This document shows positions 9,839-18,542 of a DNA stretch of 36,717 nucleotides, one piece after another. The stretch comes from a virus (taxonomy: Duplodnaviria > Caudoviricetes). Location: positions 1-36,717 of the IMG/VR virus record IMGVR_UViG_3300047400_000088. One strand, 5' to 3'. How positions within the stretch are numbered: the stretch's first letter is position 1; the number at the start of each line of letters is the position of its first letter. The translations under genes and the position numbers were made by a program. The notes beneath the pieces were generated by a model. It was not told the origin of the DNA. It saw only the letters and a list, made by a program, of their open reading frames with translations, and did not search any database.

Positions 9839-12014
9839 TACACCGAAAATCGAAGTGCTGCGCCTCGCTTTCGAAAACCACAAGGTTCCCGAGATGATCG
9901 CCACCGCCGCAGCGGGCACGCCGTGGGTGATGTATGGCGAAAAGGACAATTACCCGCAGTACCTGACCACGCTGTTTAACCGAAGCGCGAAGCACAATGC
10001 CATCATTACGGGCAAGGCTAAATACATCTACGGCAACGGCCTCGTATCAAAGGGTGGCCTGATGCTTGGCGCGGCGAATGAGTTGGAGAACTTCGGCGAC
10101 CTGTCAAAGAAGCTGATCCTGGACTATGAGTTATACAACGGCTTCGCGGTTGAGGTCATTTGGAACAAACTAGGCAGCGGCATCGCCTCGCTGAAGCACA
10201 TCGATTTCTCGAAGGTGCGCACGGACGTATCGGAGAAGATTTTCTACTACTCGCCGACAATGGGTAACCGCGCCCACTTCTACAAGGATAATGCTGTGGT
10301 GCAGTACAAGCCCTTCGATCCGGCCAAGCCACGCGGCCGGCAGTTGTTCTATTTCCGCGACTACCGGCCCGGCACGGAGATCTATCCCCTGCCCGATTAC
10401 ATCGGCGCTGTTGCTGCCGTGGAGACTGACGTGGAGATCGTGAACTTCCACCTCAACAACCTCAAGAACAAGTTTGCGGCATCGAAGATCATCAACTTCA
10501 ATAACGGAACGCCTACCGAAGAGGAGCAGCGCACCATTGAGGGGCAGATCAAAAAGAAGTTCACCGGCACCGACAAGGCCGGATCGTTCGTACTGACGTT
10601 CAGCGATGGAGCGGACAAGGCACCTACCGTGCTTGACGTAACTGCCGGCGACTTGGATAAACAATTCATTCAACTTCGTCTTGACGTTACACAGGATATC
10701 TTCACCGGCCACAAGATTACCAGCCCCATGCTTTTTGGCATTAAGACAGAGGGACAGCTTGGCGGTCGCACAGAAATGCTGGTGGCCTATGAATTGTTAA
10801 AAGCCACCTATACTAGTTTGCGCGCAAAAGAAATCGAGAATGCCATAAACTATCTGTGGCAGTTCAAGAATGCACAGAAAGCGCCCGGCGACTTCGAGTT
10901 TCAGCCCACCGCGCCGCTGACTATCGAGTGGAGCGAGCAGACCATGCTGGAAATTTGTACCCCGGACGAGCTGCGCGATATGATGCAGATACCCAATGCC
11001 GGCGGCGAGAAGAACACACTGGCACAATTGCGCGATATGCCGAAGGGCCTCGCTCCGGCTATCCTGCCCGTGATGACAGCGGATGAGCAGCGCGCACTCA
11101 TCGGACTTCCGGCCATTTCTGCGCCAGCAGTATCCGGCCAGCCCGGTCCCGCTCCGCAACAGCAGGCGCAGGTGAACGACAACCTGAAGAACCTGACTGG
11201 GAAGCAGCACATCCAGGTGATGCGCATCATCCGGCAGTTCACGCAGGGAAAGCTCACCGAGGCGCAGGCCCGGACGCTACTGAAAAGCGGGTTCGGCCTG
11301 AATGACGACGACATAAACTCCCTTCTCGGCATCCAGCCAACACAAGCGCCGGCATCAGCAACACAGCACCACATGGCCGCGCAGACCATGAGCGATGACG
11401 AGAAAAAGCTGGTAGCTGCCTTTGCGAAACGCGGACGGGAGCGCACCAAATTCACGAGCATCCGCAGCCGCTCGGTGTTCCTGAAGTCGGATGAGGAGCG
11501 TGTAGATTCGGAAATTGAACTCATGGAGAGCCGGCAGGCATTCATGTCCTCAAAGGATGGCCGTATCCTTCAGATTCTTAAAAACGACCCCGCCACGCCG
11601 GTAGAGGAGATAGCAAAGGCACTAAATATGGATGCGGCGGACGTGGCCGACAAGATCGACAGCCTGCGAAAGGAAGGATACATTGGTGGCAAGGCAGGCG
11701 CATTGATCGTAACGGAATCGGGCCTCGCAGAGATGGATTCGCTGCCCTTCACCACGGAGTTGTCCATCGTGTATTCGTATGACGTGGCTCCGGGCCTCGG
11801 CCCTACCCTGCTGAAGACAAGCCGCGAGTTCTGTGTGGAGATGTGCAACATGAACCGCTACTGGACAGGCATGGAGATCGCGGACATCAGCGTGGAGATG
11901 GGTTACGATGTGTGGGAGCGACGCGGTGGTTTTTGGCGGCACAAGGGTACCGGCGTAACCACGCCCTACTGCCGGCACGTGTGGACGCAGGTTCTTGTAC
12001 GGGAAAACATCTGA
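9831..12014 (+). CDS. Portal protein with long C-terminal extension (winged HTH plus MuF-like Cys/His tail)
   Basis: 'YGEKDNYPQYL...SAKHNAII', 'YPLPDY', 'HKITSPMLFGIK' portal motifs in the first ~390 aa; HTH-like 'RILQILKNDP..VEEIAKALN' and 'SREFC...CRHVW' at the end. Confidence 0.85.
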   Translation: MADTPKIEVLRLAFENHKVPEMIATAAAGTPWVMYGEKDNYPQYLTTLFNRSAKHNAIITGKAKYIYGNGLVSKGGLMLGAANELENFGDLSKKLILDYELYNGFAVEVIWNKLGSGIASLKHIDFSKVRTDVSEKIFYYSPTMGNRAHFYKDNAVVQYKPFDPAKPRGRQLFYFRDYRPGTEIYPLPDYIGAVAAVETDVEIVNFHLNNLKNKFAASKIINFNNGTPTEEEQRTIEGQIKKKFTGTDKAGSFVLTFSDGADKAPTVLDVTAGDLDKQFIQLRLDVTQDIFTGHKITSPMLFGIKTEGQLGGRTEMLVAYELLKATYTSLRAKEIENAINYLWQFKNAQKAPGDFEFQPTAPLTIEWSEQTMLEICTPDELRDMMQIPNAGGEKNTLAQLRDMPKGLAPAILPVMTADEQRALIGLPAISAPAVSGQPGPAPQQQAQVNDNLKNLTGKQHIQVMRIIRQFTQGKLTEAQARTLLKSGFGLNDDDINSLLGIQPTQAPASATQHHMAAQTMSDDEKKLVAAFAKRGRERTKFTSIRSRSVFLKSDEERVDSEIELMESRQAFMSSKDGRILQILKNDPATPVEEIAKALNMDAADVADKIDSLRKEGYIGGKAGALIVTESGLAEMDSLPFTTELSIVYSYDVAPGLGPTLLKTSREFCVEMCNMNRYWTGMEIADISVEMGYDVWERRGGFWRHKGTGVTTPYCRHVWTQVLVRENI

Positions 12015-12019
12015 ACGCT

Positions 12020-12592
12020 ATGGCAAACGTCCTATTCATAAACGAAGACGCGCTACGGCAGGCATCGCTGCTGAATGAGAACGTGGACATGAAGCTCATC
12101 ACGCCGACGATCCGGCTAGCGCAGGAGAAATATGTGCTGCCCTTGCTCGGCACGGGCATCTACAATGAACTGAAGACGCAGATCGCAGCCAACACGCTGA
12201 CCACGTTAAACAAGACCCTGCTGGATGATTACGTGCAGCCGTGCCTTGTATGGTGGATCATGAGCGAAATACCCGTGAATCTCACCTATCGCCTATCGAA
12301 CAAGGCGGTTATGAAGAATAGCAGCGACAACGGCCAGCCAGCAGAGATGAGCGAACTGCTTGCGCTGATGGATCGTGCGAAGGATAATGCGCAATGGTAT
12401 AGCGAGCGCGTAACGCTCTACCTCGTGCAGAACGCAGCCAACTACCCGCTGTTCGACAATCCGGGTAACGGCATCGACACCATCCTTCCGAACCGAAAGA
12501 ACTTCTCCAAAGGAATGTACCTCGGTGAGCCACGCGAAACTTTTGGTCTCCCGGTATTCAGCGACCGAGAACACTACATGAACCGCCGATGA
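12020..12592 (+). CDS. Head-tail adaptor protein
   Basis: Follows portal; 'NVD..LI.P.I..AQ..Y..P.LGT..Y..L' pattern; start reassigned to ATG 12020. Confidence 0.7.
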   Translation: MANVLFINEDALRQASLLNENVDMKLITPTIRLAQEKYVLPLLGTGIYNELKTQIAANTLTTLNKTLLDDYVQPCLVWWIMSEIPVNLTYRLSNKAVMKNSSDNGQPAEMSELLALMDRAKDNAQWYSERVTLYLVQNAANYPLFDNPGNGIDTILPNRKNFSKGMYLGEPRETFGLPVFSDREHYMNRR

Positions 12593-12744
12593 ACAAACCG
12601 CAAAATGTAACGGGGAAAGTCATTAAGCGATTAAAGGACTACCTCGACAAGCAAAGTCAGAATGTACAGCCTCAATCAGATAGAAAAGACGCTGCAAAAC
12701 TTCGTCAATGCGCACCAACTCCTAAACAGCTACGGATTCGGTGA
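12589..12744 (+). CDS. Small basic hypothetical protein (51 aa)
   Basis: ATGA-coupled to the adaptor stop; MNKPQNVTGKVIKRLKDYLDKQ...; overlaps the next gene. Confidence 0.35.
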   Translation: MNKPQNVTGKVIKRLKDYLDKQSQNVQPQSDRKDAAKLRQCAPTPKQLRIR

Positions 12745-13144
12745 GCTTGCCGATGTTGCGCAGGGCGTAACGTCATACACGATAAATAAGAACGCGAGCG
12801 GAACAAACGACCTCGTGTATCCATCCATGTGGGCTACGCCAACGCCGTCAGGCATTACACGGCATTGGATCGAGTATAAATTATCGATCCTCGTCTTCGA
12901 CCTCGTGCATAAGGACGAGAGCAACAAGATCGAGGTGTTGAGCGACACCATTCAGATACTGGAAGACCTCATCAACTACCTGCGCCAGCCGGCCTATGAG
13001 GACTACTTCAGCATTGACAACGAATATTCATTCACAGCCGAACCATTCACGGACAAGTTCAATGACGAGGTGAGCGGCTGGGCGATGGAGATCACGATCA
13101 AGGTTCCCAACGAAAACAACATCTGCACACTCCCTGTATCATGA
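12662..13144 (+). CDS. Tail terminator-like protein
   Basis: 160 aa, acidic; 'YPSMW', 'VLSDTIQILEDL', 'EPFTDKFND.VSGW' pattern. Confidence 0.65.
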   Translation: MYSLNQIEKTLQNFVNAHQLLNSYGFGELADVAQGVTSYTINKNASGTNDLVYPSMWATPTPSGITRHWIEYKLSILVFDLVHKDESNKIEVLSDTIQILEDLINYLRQPAYEDYFSIDNEYSFTAEPFTDKFNDEVSGWAMEITIKVPNENNICTLPVS

Positions 13145-13908
13145 GCATATCGAAGGTCATTCAAAAAACATTGGTCGGCCTTGCTGCCGACTTTTCAGGC
13201 TCAAACCCTACACCGCCGCTTGGGTGCTTGTGCATCGAAACCGATACCGGCGTGGCGAAGATTGGCGACGGCGCGACTGCCTACAATTCGCTGGCAGCAA
13301 TAAAGGGATCGCTGTCCAATGCCTTAACAGCCAGCACGGGCCTCGCCTTTGTTTCCGGCAGTTCCTTTGACGGTTCGGCAGCCCGCGCGCTGAAGCTGGC
13401 CAACACCGCCGTAAGCGCCGGGAGCTATACCAATGCTAACATCACCGTAGATGCGCAGGGTCGCATCACGGCAGCGGCCAATGGCAGCAGCGGCGGTGGT
13501 GCTGGCTCTGTGCTGGGATGCGTTTACTATGACCCGGGTAGCGCGCAGAACAAGACCACAACATCATCGTCAGGTGTTGCTATGGATACTACGAACCTGC
13601 GAATTTCATTCGTGGCACCTTCTTCGGGTGCCGTTGAATGTGTAGGCGGCGCTTATGCCGGCGCTGCCGTACAGGGCGCGTTCGTCATCATGGAGTCAAG
13701 CACCATAAAGGGCGGTTTGTTATCCGGGTCGACGGTCATGCCTACCTATGGCCGGTGCAAGATAACGGGCCTTACCCCGGGCAACACGTACACCTATGAC
13801 CTCGGCATTGCTTCGGCTTCCGGCGGCACGTTCAGCGCAAAGTATGGCGGTGGTGCAGTACCGGCAAGCGGGTACGGCCCTGCATGGTTTTTAATCATCA
13901 CGCAATAA
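13141..13908 (+). CDS. Tail fibre / receptor-binding protein
   Basis: N-terminal 'NP....G...ETDTG..KIGDG.TAYNSL' (Mtd/hyaluronidase N-terminal-like); 'GSYTNANITVDAQGRITAA' fibre repeat; G/S/T-rich tip. Confidence 0.8.
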   Translation: MSISKVIQKTLVGLAADFSGSNPTPPLGCLCIETDTGVAKIGDGATAYNSLAAIKGSLSNALTASTGLAFVSGSSFDGSAARALKLANTAVSAGSYTNANITVDAQGRITAAANGSSGGGAGSVLGCVYYDPGSAQNKTTTSSSGVAMDTTNLRISFVAPSSGAVECVGGAYAGAAVQGAFVIMESSTIKGGLLSGSTVMPTYGRCKITGLTPGNTYTYDLGIASASGGTFSAKYGGGAVPASGYGPAWFLIITQ

Positions 13909-13918
13909 CATAAAGAGC

Positions 13919-14308
13919 ATGGCAATCACAAAAACAGTACCCTGGAAGTTCGGCATCACGGCCAGCTACTTCCGTATTCGCTCCATCGACTTCGCGGCAG
14001 GCGTTCGCTTCGTTGTCCGCATGGCGCTTTACATCGACAAGGCGCATCGAGATTCTGACCCGGAGAACCCAGCGCAGGAGTTCGAGTACCGAATCCCCAT
14101 CGTGCCGGTAGAGCCGGGCGCTACGATCACCATCATTACCGGCAAGGACGAGCAGGGCAACGATATCACGGAAACAATCACGCCGCAGGTGTTCACCATC
14201 GACAAGACGGGTAATCTGCTGGAGCAGGCTTATGATGCGATCATGACACTTGATCCACGCCTACTGAATGCCGGGCTAATTGATTTGAGCGACGGAACAA
14301 AAGCATAA
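13919..14308 (+). CDS. Tail-fibre-associated protein / chaperone
   Basis: Directly after the fibre gene; 'YFRI...QAY' pattern. Confidence 0.5.
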   Translation: MAITKTVPWKFGITASYFRIRSIDFAAGVRFVVRMALYIDKAHRDSDPENPAQEFEYRIPIVPVEPGATITIITGKDEQGNDITETITPQVFTIDKTGNLLEQAYDAIMTLDPRLLNAGLIDLSDGTKA

Positions 14309-14315
14309 CCGGCAC

Positions 14316-14594
14316 ATGACAAAAGAAACTATCTCCGTGTCAAAGAAGTGGCTCGACATCGCTGCCAAGTGGGTATTCGCCGGCATGTTCGGCCTGTTTT
14401 CATTCTTCGCCAAGCAGGTGTACGACGAATTTGAAGGCGTGATAAAGGCCACCGGGTACAATGCCGCCGAGATCCGGCGCGTGGAGCAGAAATCTGATCT
14501 GAACTATCAGGAAGCACAGGACGACATACGCAGGATCGATGAGATGCTCGATGCGAAGCACGAGGAGTTTTTGTCTATGGACAGACCGCACTAA
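14316..14594 (+). CDS. Single-pass membrane protein with coiled coil (holin/antiholin-like)
   Basis: Hydrophobic WVFAGMFGLFSFF followed by a charged helix. Confidence 0.5.
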   Translation: MTKETISVSKKWLDIAAKWVFAGMFGLFSFFAKQVYDEFEGVIKATGYNAAEIRRVEQKSDLNYQEAQDDIRRIDEMLDAKHEEFLSMDRPH

Positions 14595-14595
14595 G

Positions 14596-14856
14596 ATGGC
14601 AACACGCCGGAAGATAAAGCACCCTGTAACGGTGGAGGCCAAACTGGGAAGGCACAAGGCCGTTGGGCTGGCCTATAAGGATGCGGGTGTTACGATGATC
14701 GACCCGCGTCAGGAACCAAAGGACTATCTCGATACACTCATTCACGAATACCTCCACCACTTGTTCCCCGAATGGAAGGAGAAGGCCGTAGCCATTGCGG
14801 GCACTGCCATTGCTGACTATTTGTGGGAGCAGGGATACCGAAAAGTAAGCCAATGA
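14596..14856 (+). CDS. Small HExxH zincin-like protein
   Basis: 'IDPRQ...YLDTLIHEYLHH.FP' motif; start reassigned to ATG 14596. Confidence 0.6.
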   Translation: MATRRKIKHPVTVEAKLGRHKAVGLAYKDAGVTMIDPRQEPKDYLDTLIHEYLHHLFPEWKEKAVAIAGTAIADYLWEQGYRKVSQ

Positions 14857-15908
14857 GAACACCATCAAGGAACGCCATCGGCCGCGCAAAGGGTCAGCTA
14901 GCGCAGCAATACGCAGTGAAGTACCCAGAACTTCCAACGCTGACGCTGGCAAAGAAGATGTTTCACGACTTCCCGACCATATTCTCCAGCATAGAGAACG
15001 CAAGAGATGCGATTCGATATAGGCGCGGAGAGTCGGGCAAGCTGGACAGGGAAAAGGCGGCCAGCTCGGGCGGCCTTGTTGTTTCGAGAAAGAAAAAGAC
15101 ACTGAACCTGTTGAATCAATCAAAAAACCCGTTCGACCTACCCGAATCCATCGCTCCGAGCAGAGCGGACTATGTGCTTCCGGCCTCCTGCACCAGCGTC
15201 CTTTGGATGAGTGATATTCACATTCCCAACCATGACGCGGAGGCGCTGGAAACGGCCATCCGCCATGGCGTGAAGAATAAGGTGAACTGCATCGTGATCG
15301 GCGGCGACCTGTTGGACAATACGCCTTTCAGCCGCTTCGATCATAAGCCAACGCTCAATGATACGCGGCAGTATTTCATGGATTGCATACGATTTCTCTC
15401 ATCGCTGCGCCGAACATTCCCGAATGCCAAGATCATCCTCATGGAGGGCAACCATGACGCATGGTATAAGCGGTGGCTCATCACGAAGGCACCGATGCTT
15501 TTCAATGACAGCTACTACCAGTTGCCAGAGCGGCTAGGCCTGAATAATTTTAATATCGAATTTGTTGCCGAGGAGCGGCTTGTTCGTGCCGGGAAGTTGT
15601 TTTTGGCACATGGCCACACGCTTATTCGCGGCGTGTTCGCCCCGGTCAATGCAGCGCGCGGTGTATTCCTGCGCTCGAAGGCATCAACCCTGATCGGCCA
15701 TGTGCACAGCACATCGAACCACAGCGAATCAAACCTGAAGGGGGATATCATCAACTGCTACTCCGTGGGCTGCCTCTGTACGCTGCACCCGGACTATGAC
15801 CCGCACAACACGAAGCACAATCAGGGATTCGCGCATATAGAAATAGACCCCAAGACCGGGGAGTACTTCGTGCGGAATTTTCGCATTCAAAACGGAAAAA
15901 TCTACTGA
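14853..15908 (+). CDS. Calcineurin-like metallophosphoesterase with N-terminal basic helical domain
   Basis: SDIH, GGDLLD, GNHD, HGH and GHVH motifs. Confidence 0.9.
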   Translation: MRTPSRNAIGRAKGQLAQQYAVKYPELPTLTLAKKMFHDFPTIFSSIENARDAIRYRRGESGKLDREKAASSGGLVVSRKKKTLNLLNQSKNPFDLPESIAPSRADYVLPASCTSVLWMSDIHIPNHDAEALETAIRHGVKNKVNCIVIGGDLLDNTPFSRFDHKPTLNDTRQYFMDCIRFLSSLRRTFPNAKIILMEGNHDAWYKRWLITKAPMLFNDSYYQLPERLGLNNFNIEFVAEERLVRAGKLFLAHGHTLIRGVFAPVNAARGVFLRSKASTLIGHVHSTSNHSESNLKGDIINCYSVGCLCTLHPDYDPHNTKHNQGFAHIEIDPKTGEYFVRNFRIQNGKIY

Positions 15909-15909
15909 T

Positions 15910-16221
15910 ATGATAAAAAAAATCATCGACTTCATCACATGGTTGCCAAAGGAGCTGGCCAGCATGTTCAGCGACCGGGCATCGTTCTTCAGCCTGAAGC
16001 GCATTGAGCGGGCCATTTGCTTCGGCACGGCCATCGCGTTCGAGTGGATATACTTCCGCGAACACCTGCACACAATCACCACGGCAGAGGTGCTGATGCT
16101 GACCGGGCCGCTGTTCGCAATGGCCGGGCTGGAGGTGGCGATGACGCAATCCGAGAAGAAGATTACACAACTGGGCGGGAAGGTGGACCAGCCCGTGACC
16201 AACGAAAAACCAGACGCATGA
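15910..16221 (+). CDS. Holin-like membrane protein
   Basis: Two hydrophobic segments, 'FSLKRIER' motif, charged C-terminus; lysis context. Confidence 0.55.
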   Translation: MIKKIIDFITWLPKELASMFSDRASFFSLKRIERAICFGTAIAFEWIYFREHLHTITTAEVLMLTGPLFAMAGLEVAMTQSEKKITQLGGKVDQPVTNEKPDA

Positions 16222-16817
16222 AACCCATTCTTAAAGACATCGGCGGCCAGATATTGAAAGGCGCGGGCATCATGGCCCTGATCCTGATCGTGCTGCGGCT
16301 GCATTTCTGCACGGGCAACCATTTTCCCGATTCCGGGAAAAAGATCATCGAGCGCACCGAGTACCGCGACACGGGCACTTATCGGGTGGTGGTCCAGCAG
16401 GTAGCGCCGGTAACGGTCATCCAGACGCGCACCGACACCCTGCGCCTGACCCATACCGACACCGTTCACATCATCCATGATTACTTCACGCAGAAGGTGT
16501 ATCGCCGGATGCTGGTGAATGACACCAACCTGACAGCCACGCTTCAGGATACCGTGTTCCGGGGCGGGCTTTTGCGCGGATCACTGGACTATCACATCAA
16601 CCGCCCTATTCGCACCTACACCATCACGCAGCAGGCCAAGCCGACTCGCAAGCTGTTTATCGGCGTATTCGGCAGTTATTCTGCCATGACGCGGCCGGGT
16701 ATCGGCGCGGAGCTTCTGTACATTAACAGACAGGACCGAGGCATACAGGCCGGCTTCGACTTCCTCAACGGCGCGCCGATGGTGGGGCTGTTCAGCAAAA
16801 TTTCAATTAAAAACTAA
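16218..16817 (+). CDS. Spanin-like lysis protein
   Basis: N-terminal TM segment, 'DT' repeats, C-terminal alternating beta strands; start reassigned to ATG 16218. Confidence 0.55.
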   Translation: MKPILKDIGGQILKGAGIMALILIVLRLHFCTGNHFPDSGKKIIERTEYRDTGTYRVVVQQVAPVTVIQTRTDTLRLTHTDTVHIIHDYFTQKVYRRMLVNDTNLTATLQDTVFRGGLLRGSLDYHINRPIRTYTITQQAKPTRKLFIGVFGSYSAMTRPGIGAELLYINRQDRGIQAGFDFLNGAPMVGLFSKISIKN

Positions 16818-16821
16818 TTGA

Positions 16822-17037
16822 ATGGGCTGGCAGATTATTCGCTCGGAAGATGGCTTAACGGCCCACATAGTTCCCGTGGACGATATTGAGCCGCACGACG
16901 AATCCATGTACTGCCTCTGCAAGCCAAAAGAGTGGGTAAATGACCACGGCCTTGTGCTGTACACGCACAACTCTTTTGATGGTCGCGAAGTCGCCGAACG
17001 ATTAATGGAAGAAATGAATTTAACCAAACAAAAATAA
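16822..17037 (+). CDS. Hypothetical metal-binding protein
   Basis: 'HIVPVDD..PH....CLCKP...HNSFDGRE' His/Cys pattern. Confidence 0.55.
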   Translation: MGWQIIRSEDGLTAHIVPVDDIEPHDESMYCLCKPKEWVNDHGLVLYTHNSFDGREVAERLMEEMNLTKQK

Positions 17038-17042
17038 ATATC

Positions 17043-17345
17043 ATGGAAAATGTACCTACCGAAAACAACTCGAATGGCAATGGCGAAGCCCACGGCACAG
17101 ATTTTTCTTGGGCCCTTTACGCGCTGAAAGGCGGAAAAAAGGTAGCCCGATCAGGTTGGAATGGATCAGGAATGTTTCTTTGGCTATGCAAACACACGCC
17201 AGATGCAATATTTCAGATTGATTTTAACCATTCATATCCCGTTGGCGATTACATCGTCATTAAAACTGCACAGGGAACCGTAGAATCAGGATGGCGCCCC
17301 ACTTCCGCAGATATGCTGGCAGAAGATTGGGTTGTGGTTGAATAA
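17043..17345 (+). CDS. DUF2829 family protein (Tad2-like anti-defence sponge family)
   Basis: 'FSWAL.ALK.GKKVARSGWNG.GMF' and 'W.PT..DMLAEDW' are the DUF2829 signature. Confidence 0.8.
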   Translation: MENVPTENNSNGNGEAHGTDFSWALYALKGGKKVARSGWNGSGMFLWLCKHTPDAIFQIDFNHSYPVGDYIVIKTAQGTVESGWRPTSADMLAEDWVVVE

Positions 17346-17427
17346 CTTTGAAGGATGAAAAAACTCATTTGCGGGCTTGATGTTTTGGAGCATGGCAGAG
17401 CATTGAGAAGAAACAAACTATAATCCA

Positions 17428-18075
17428 ATGATACAACTGACCTACCAGCAACTGAAAGCCGCCGTGGAGGCGAAGGGCTATGCTTTCTTCGACAAAGGCG
17501 ATCATAACCTCAACATCGTGGGCATCCGATCGGTTGATGAGTTCACCAATGCCTTTGACGACACGCTTTGCTTCGCATGGCGCGAGAATGGCGATGAGAA
17601 GGTACTCTGCCTGCCCGGAACGACAAAGCCCGGCACATATGGCGCGGCATTCAATCCTGTTACCGTAATGGGTGTTACCGGCACCGGCGTACTGATACCC
17701 GGCCAGTACCGGGGCTGTTGGGAATGGCATGACTGCCCAGATGCGGATTTCGGCGACTGGAACAAGACGTGGAGCGGATACCCGTATATGCAACAGGTGG
17801 GCGCACTGAAGTTGTGGCGCGACGGCAATCGGGATACCGTGATCGATCATGTATACGAGCAGGAGGGCATGTTCGGCATTAATCTGCATCAGATGAGTAT
17901 GAACTCGGCGCGAGCCGAGGACATGAGCGGTCAGGTGAACAACTGGAGCGAGGGCTGTCAGGGCGCGCGCCTGCCGGATTATCTGCCGGCAATCCCGGTG
18001 ATTCGGGCTGCGGTTGCTGCCTATGGTATCCGATTCAGCTATACCCTACTGATGGAGACTGACCTATCGGTTTAA
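17428..18075 (+). CDS. Putative endolysin (YkuD/L,D-transpeptidase-like His/Cys catalytic motif)
   Basis: 'NIVGIR..FDD..TT.PG..PGQY..RD.N.D..FGINLH...WSEGCQ'; last gene of the lysis block. Confidence 0.65.
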   Translation: MIQLTYQQLKAAVEAKGYAFFDKGDHNLNIVGIRSVDEFTNAFDDTLCFAWRENGDEKVLCLPGTTKPGTYGAAFNPVTVMGVTGTGVLIPGQYRGCWEWHDCPDADFGDWNKTWSGYPYMQQVGALKLWRDGNRDTVIDHVYEQEGMFGINLHQMSMNSARAEDMSGQVNNWSEGCQGARLPDYLPAIPVIRAAVAAYGIRFSYTLLMETDLSV

Positions 18076-18121
18076 TTACGGCAAAATCACCATAATTATA
18101 AAGCATTTTTATCTACTGAAA

Positions 18122-18195
18122 ATCAATCAGTTACGCCGTATGCGTAAAAATAGTTTTGAATTTGTGTCGCAAATTCAAAAATTGGTATATATTTG
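18122..18195 (+). promoter_or_regulatory. Bacteroidota housekeeping-sigma early promoter with overlapping 11-bp inverted repeat
   Basis: -7 TATATTTG at 18188-18195, TTTG at 18161-18164; TTTTGAATTTG-N5-CAAATTCAAAA at 18154-18180. Confidence 0.75.
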
Positions 18196-18237
18196 CACTA
18201 TCACTATAACAAACCAATAACTTAAAAACTTTTTACG

Positions 18238-18486
18238 ATGGATAAAATTGTAGTAATCGGAGGCATTCATGCGCGTAAGTTCACCACTTACCTGAAGAAC
18301 GCTGGGGCAATAGTGGAGGCAAACACTCCGACCTTTAAAAAGGTAGTGACCACTGAGGGCACCGTCTTGTTTAGTGCTATCAAGTATCGCAATGGGTGGT
18401 GCGCGCGAGTGCGTGAATCCGAACTCCCTGCCTTTCGCCGTTTTTTCAACTTGCCACCCATAGGTTCACTGATGAGGCTTGCATAG
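18238..18486 (+). CDS. Early hypothetical protein
   Basis: First ORF after the promoter; A/T-rich leader; stop codon lies inside repeat unit 1. Confidence 0.6.
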   Translation: MDKIVVIGGIHARKFTTYLKNAGAIVEANTPTFKKVVTTEGTVLFSAIKYRNGWCARVRESELPAFRRFFNLPPIGSLMRLA

Positions 18487-18542
18487 CATAGGTTCACTGA
18501 TGAGGCTTGCATAGCATAGGTTCACTGATGAGGCTTGAATAG
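18459..18542 (+). repeat. 3 x 28-bp tandem repeat CATAGGTTCACTGATGAGGCTTG(C/A)ATAG
   Basis: Units at 18459-18486, 18487-18514 and 18515-18542; one mismatch in unit 3. Confidence 0.95.

Noticed and set aside
13141-13908. Diversity-generating retroelement targeting the fibre (Mtd-like N-terminus)
   Set aside because: No reverse transcriptase and no template/variable repeat pair seen
17355-17423. 22-codon ORF MKKLICGLDV... before the endolysin
   Set aside because: Too short and featureless to support
18459-18542. Possible mini CRISPR array (28-bp repeats)
   Set aside because: Units are directly adjacent with no spacers, there are no cas genes, and the repeat is explained as part of the hammerhead
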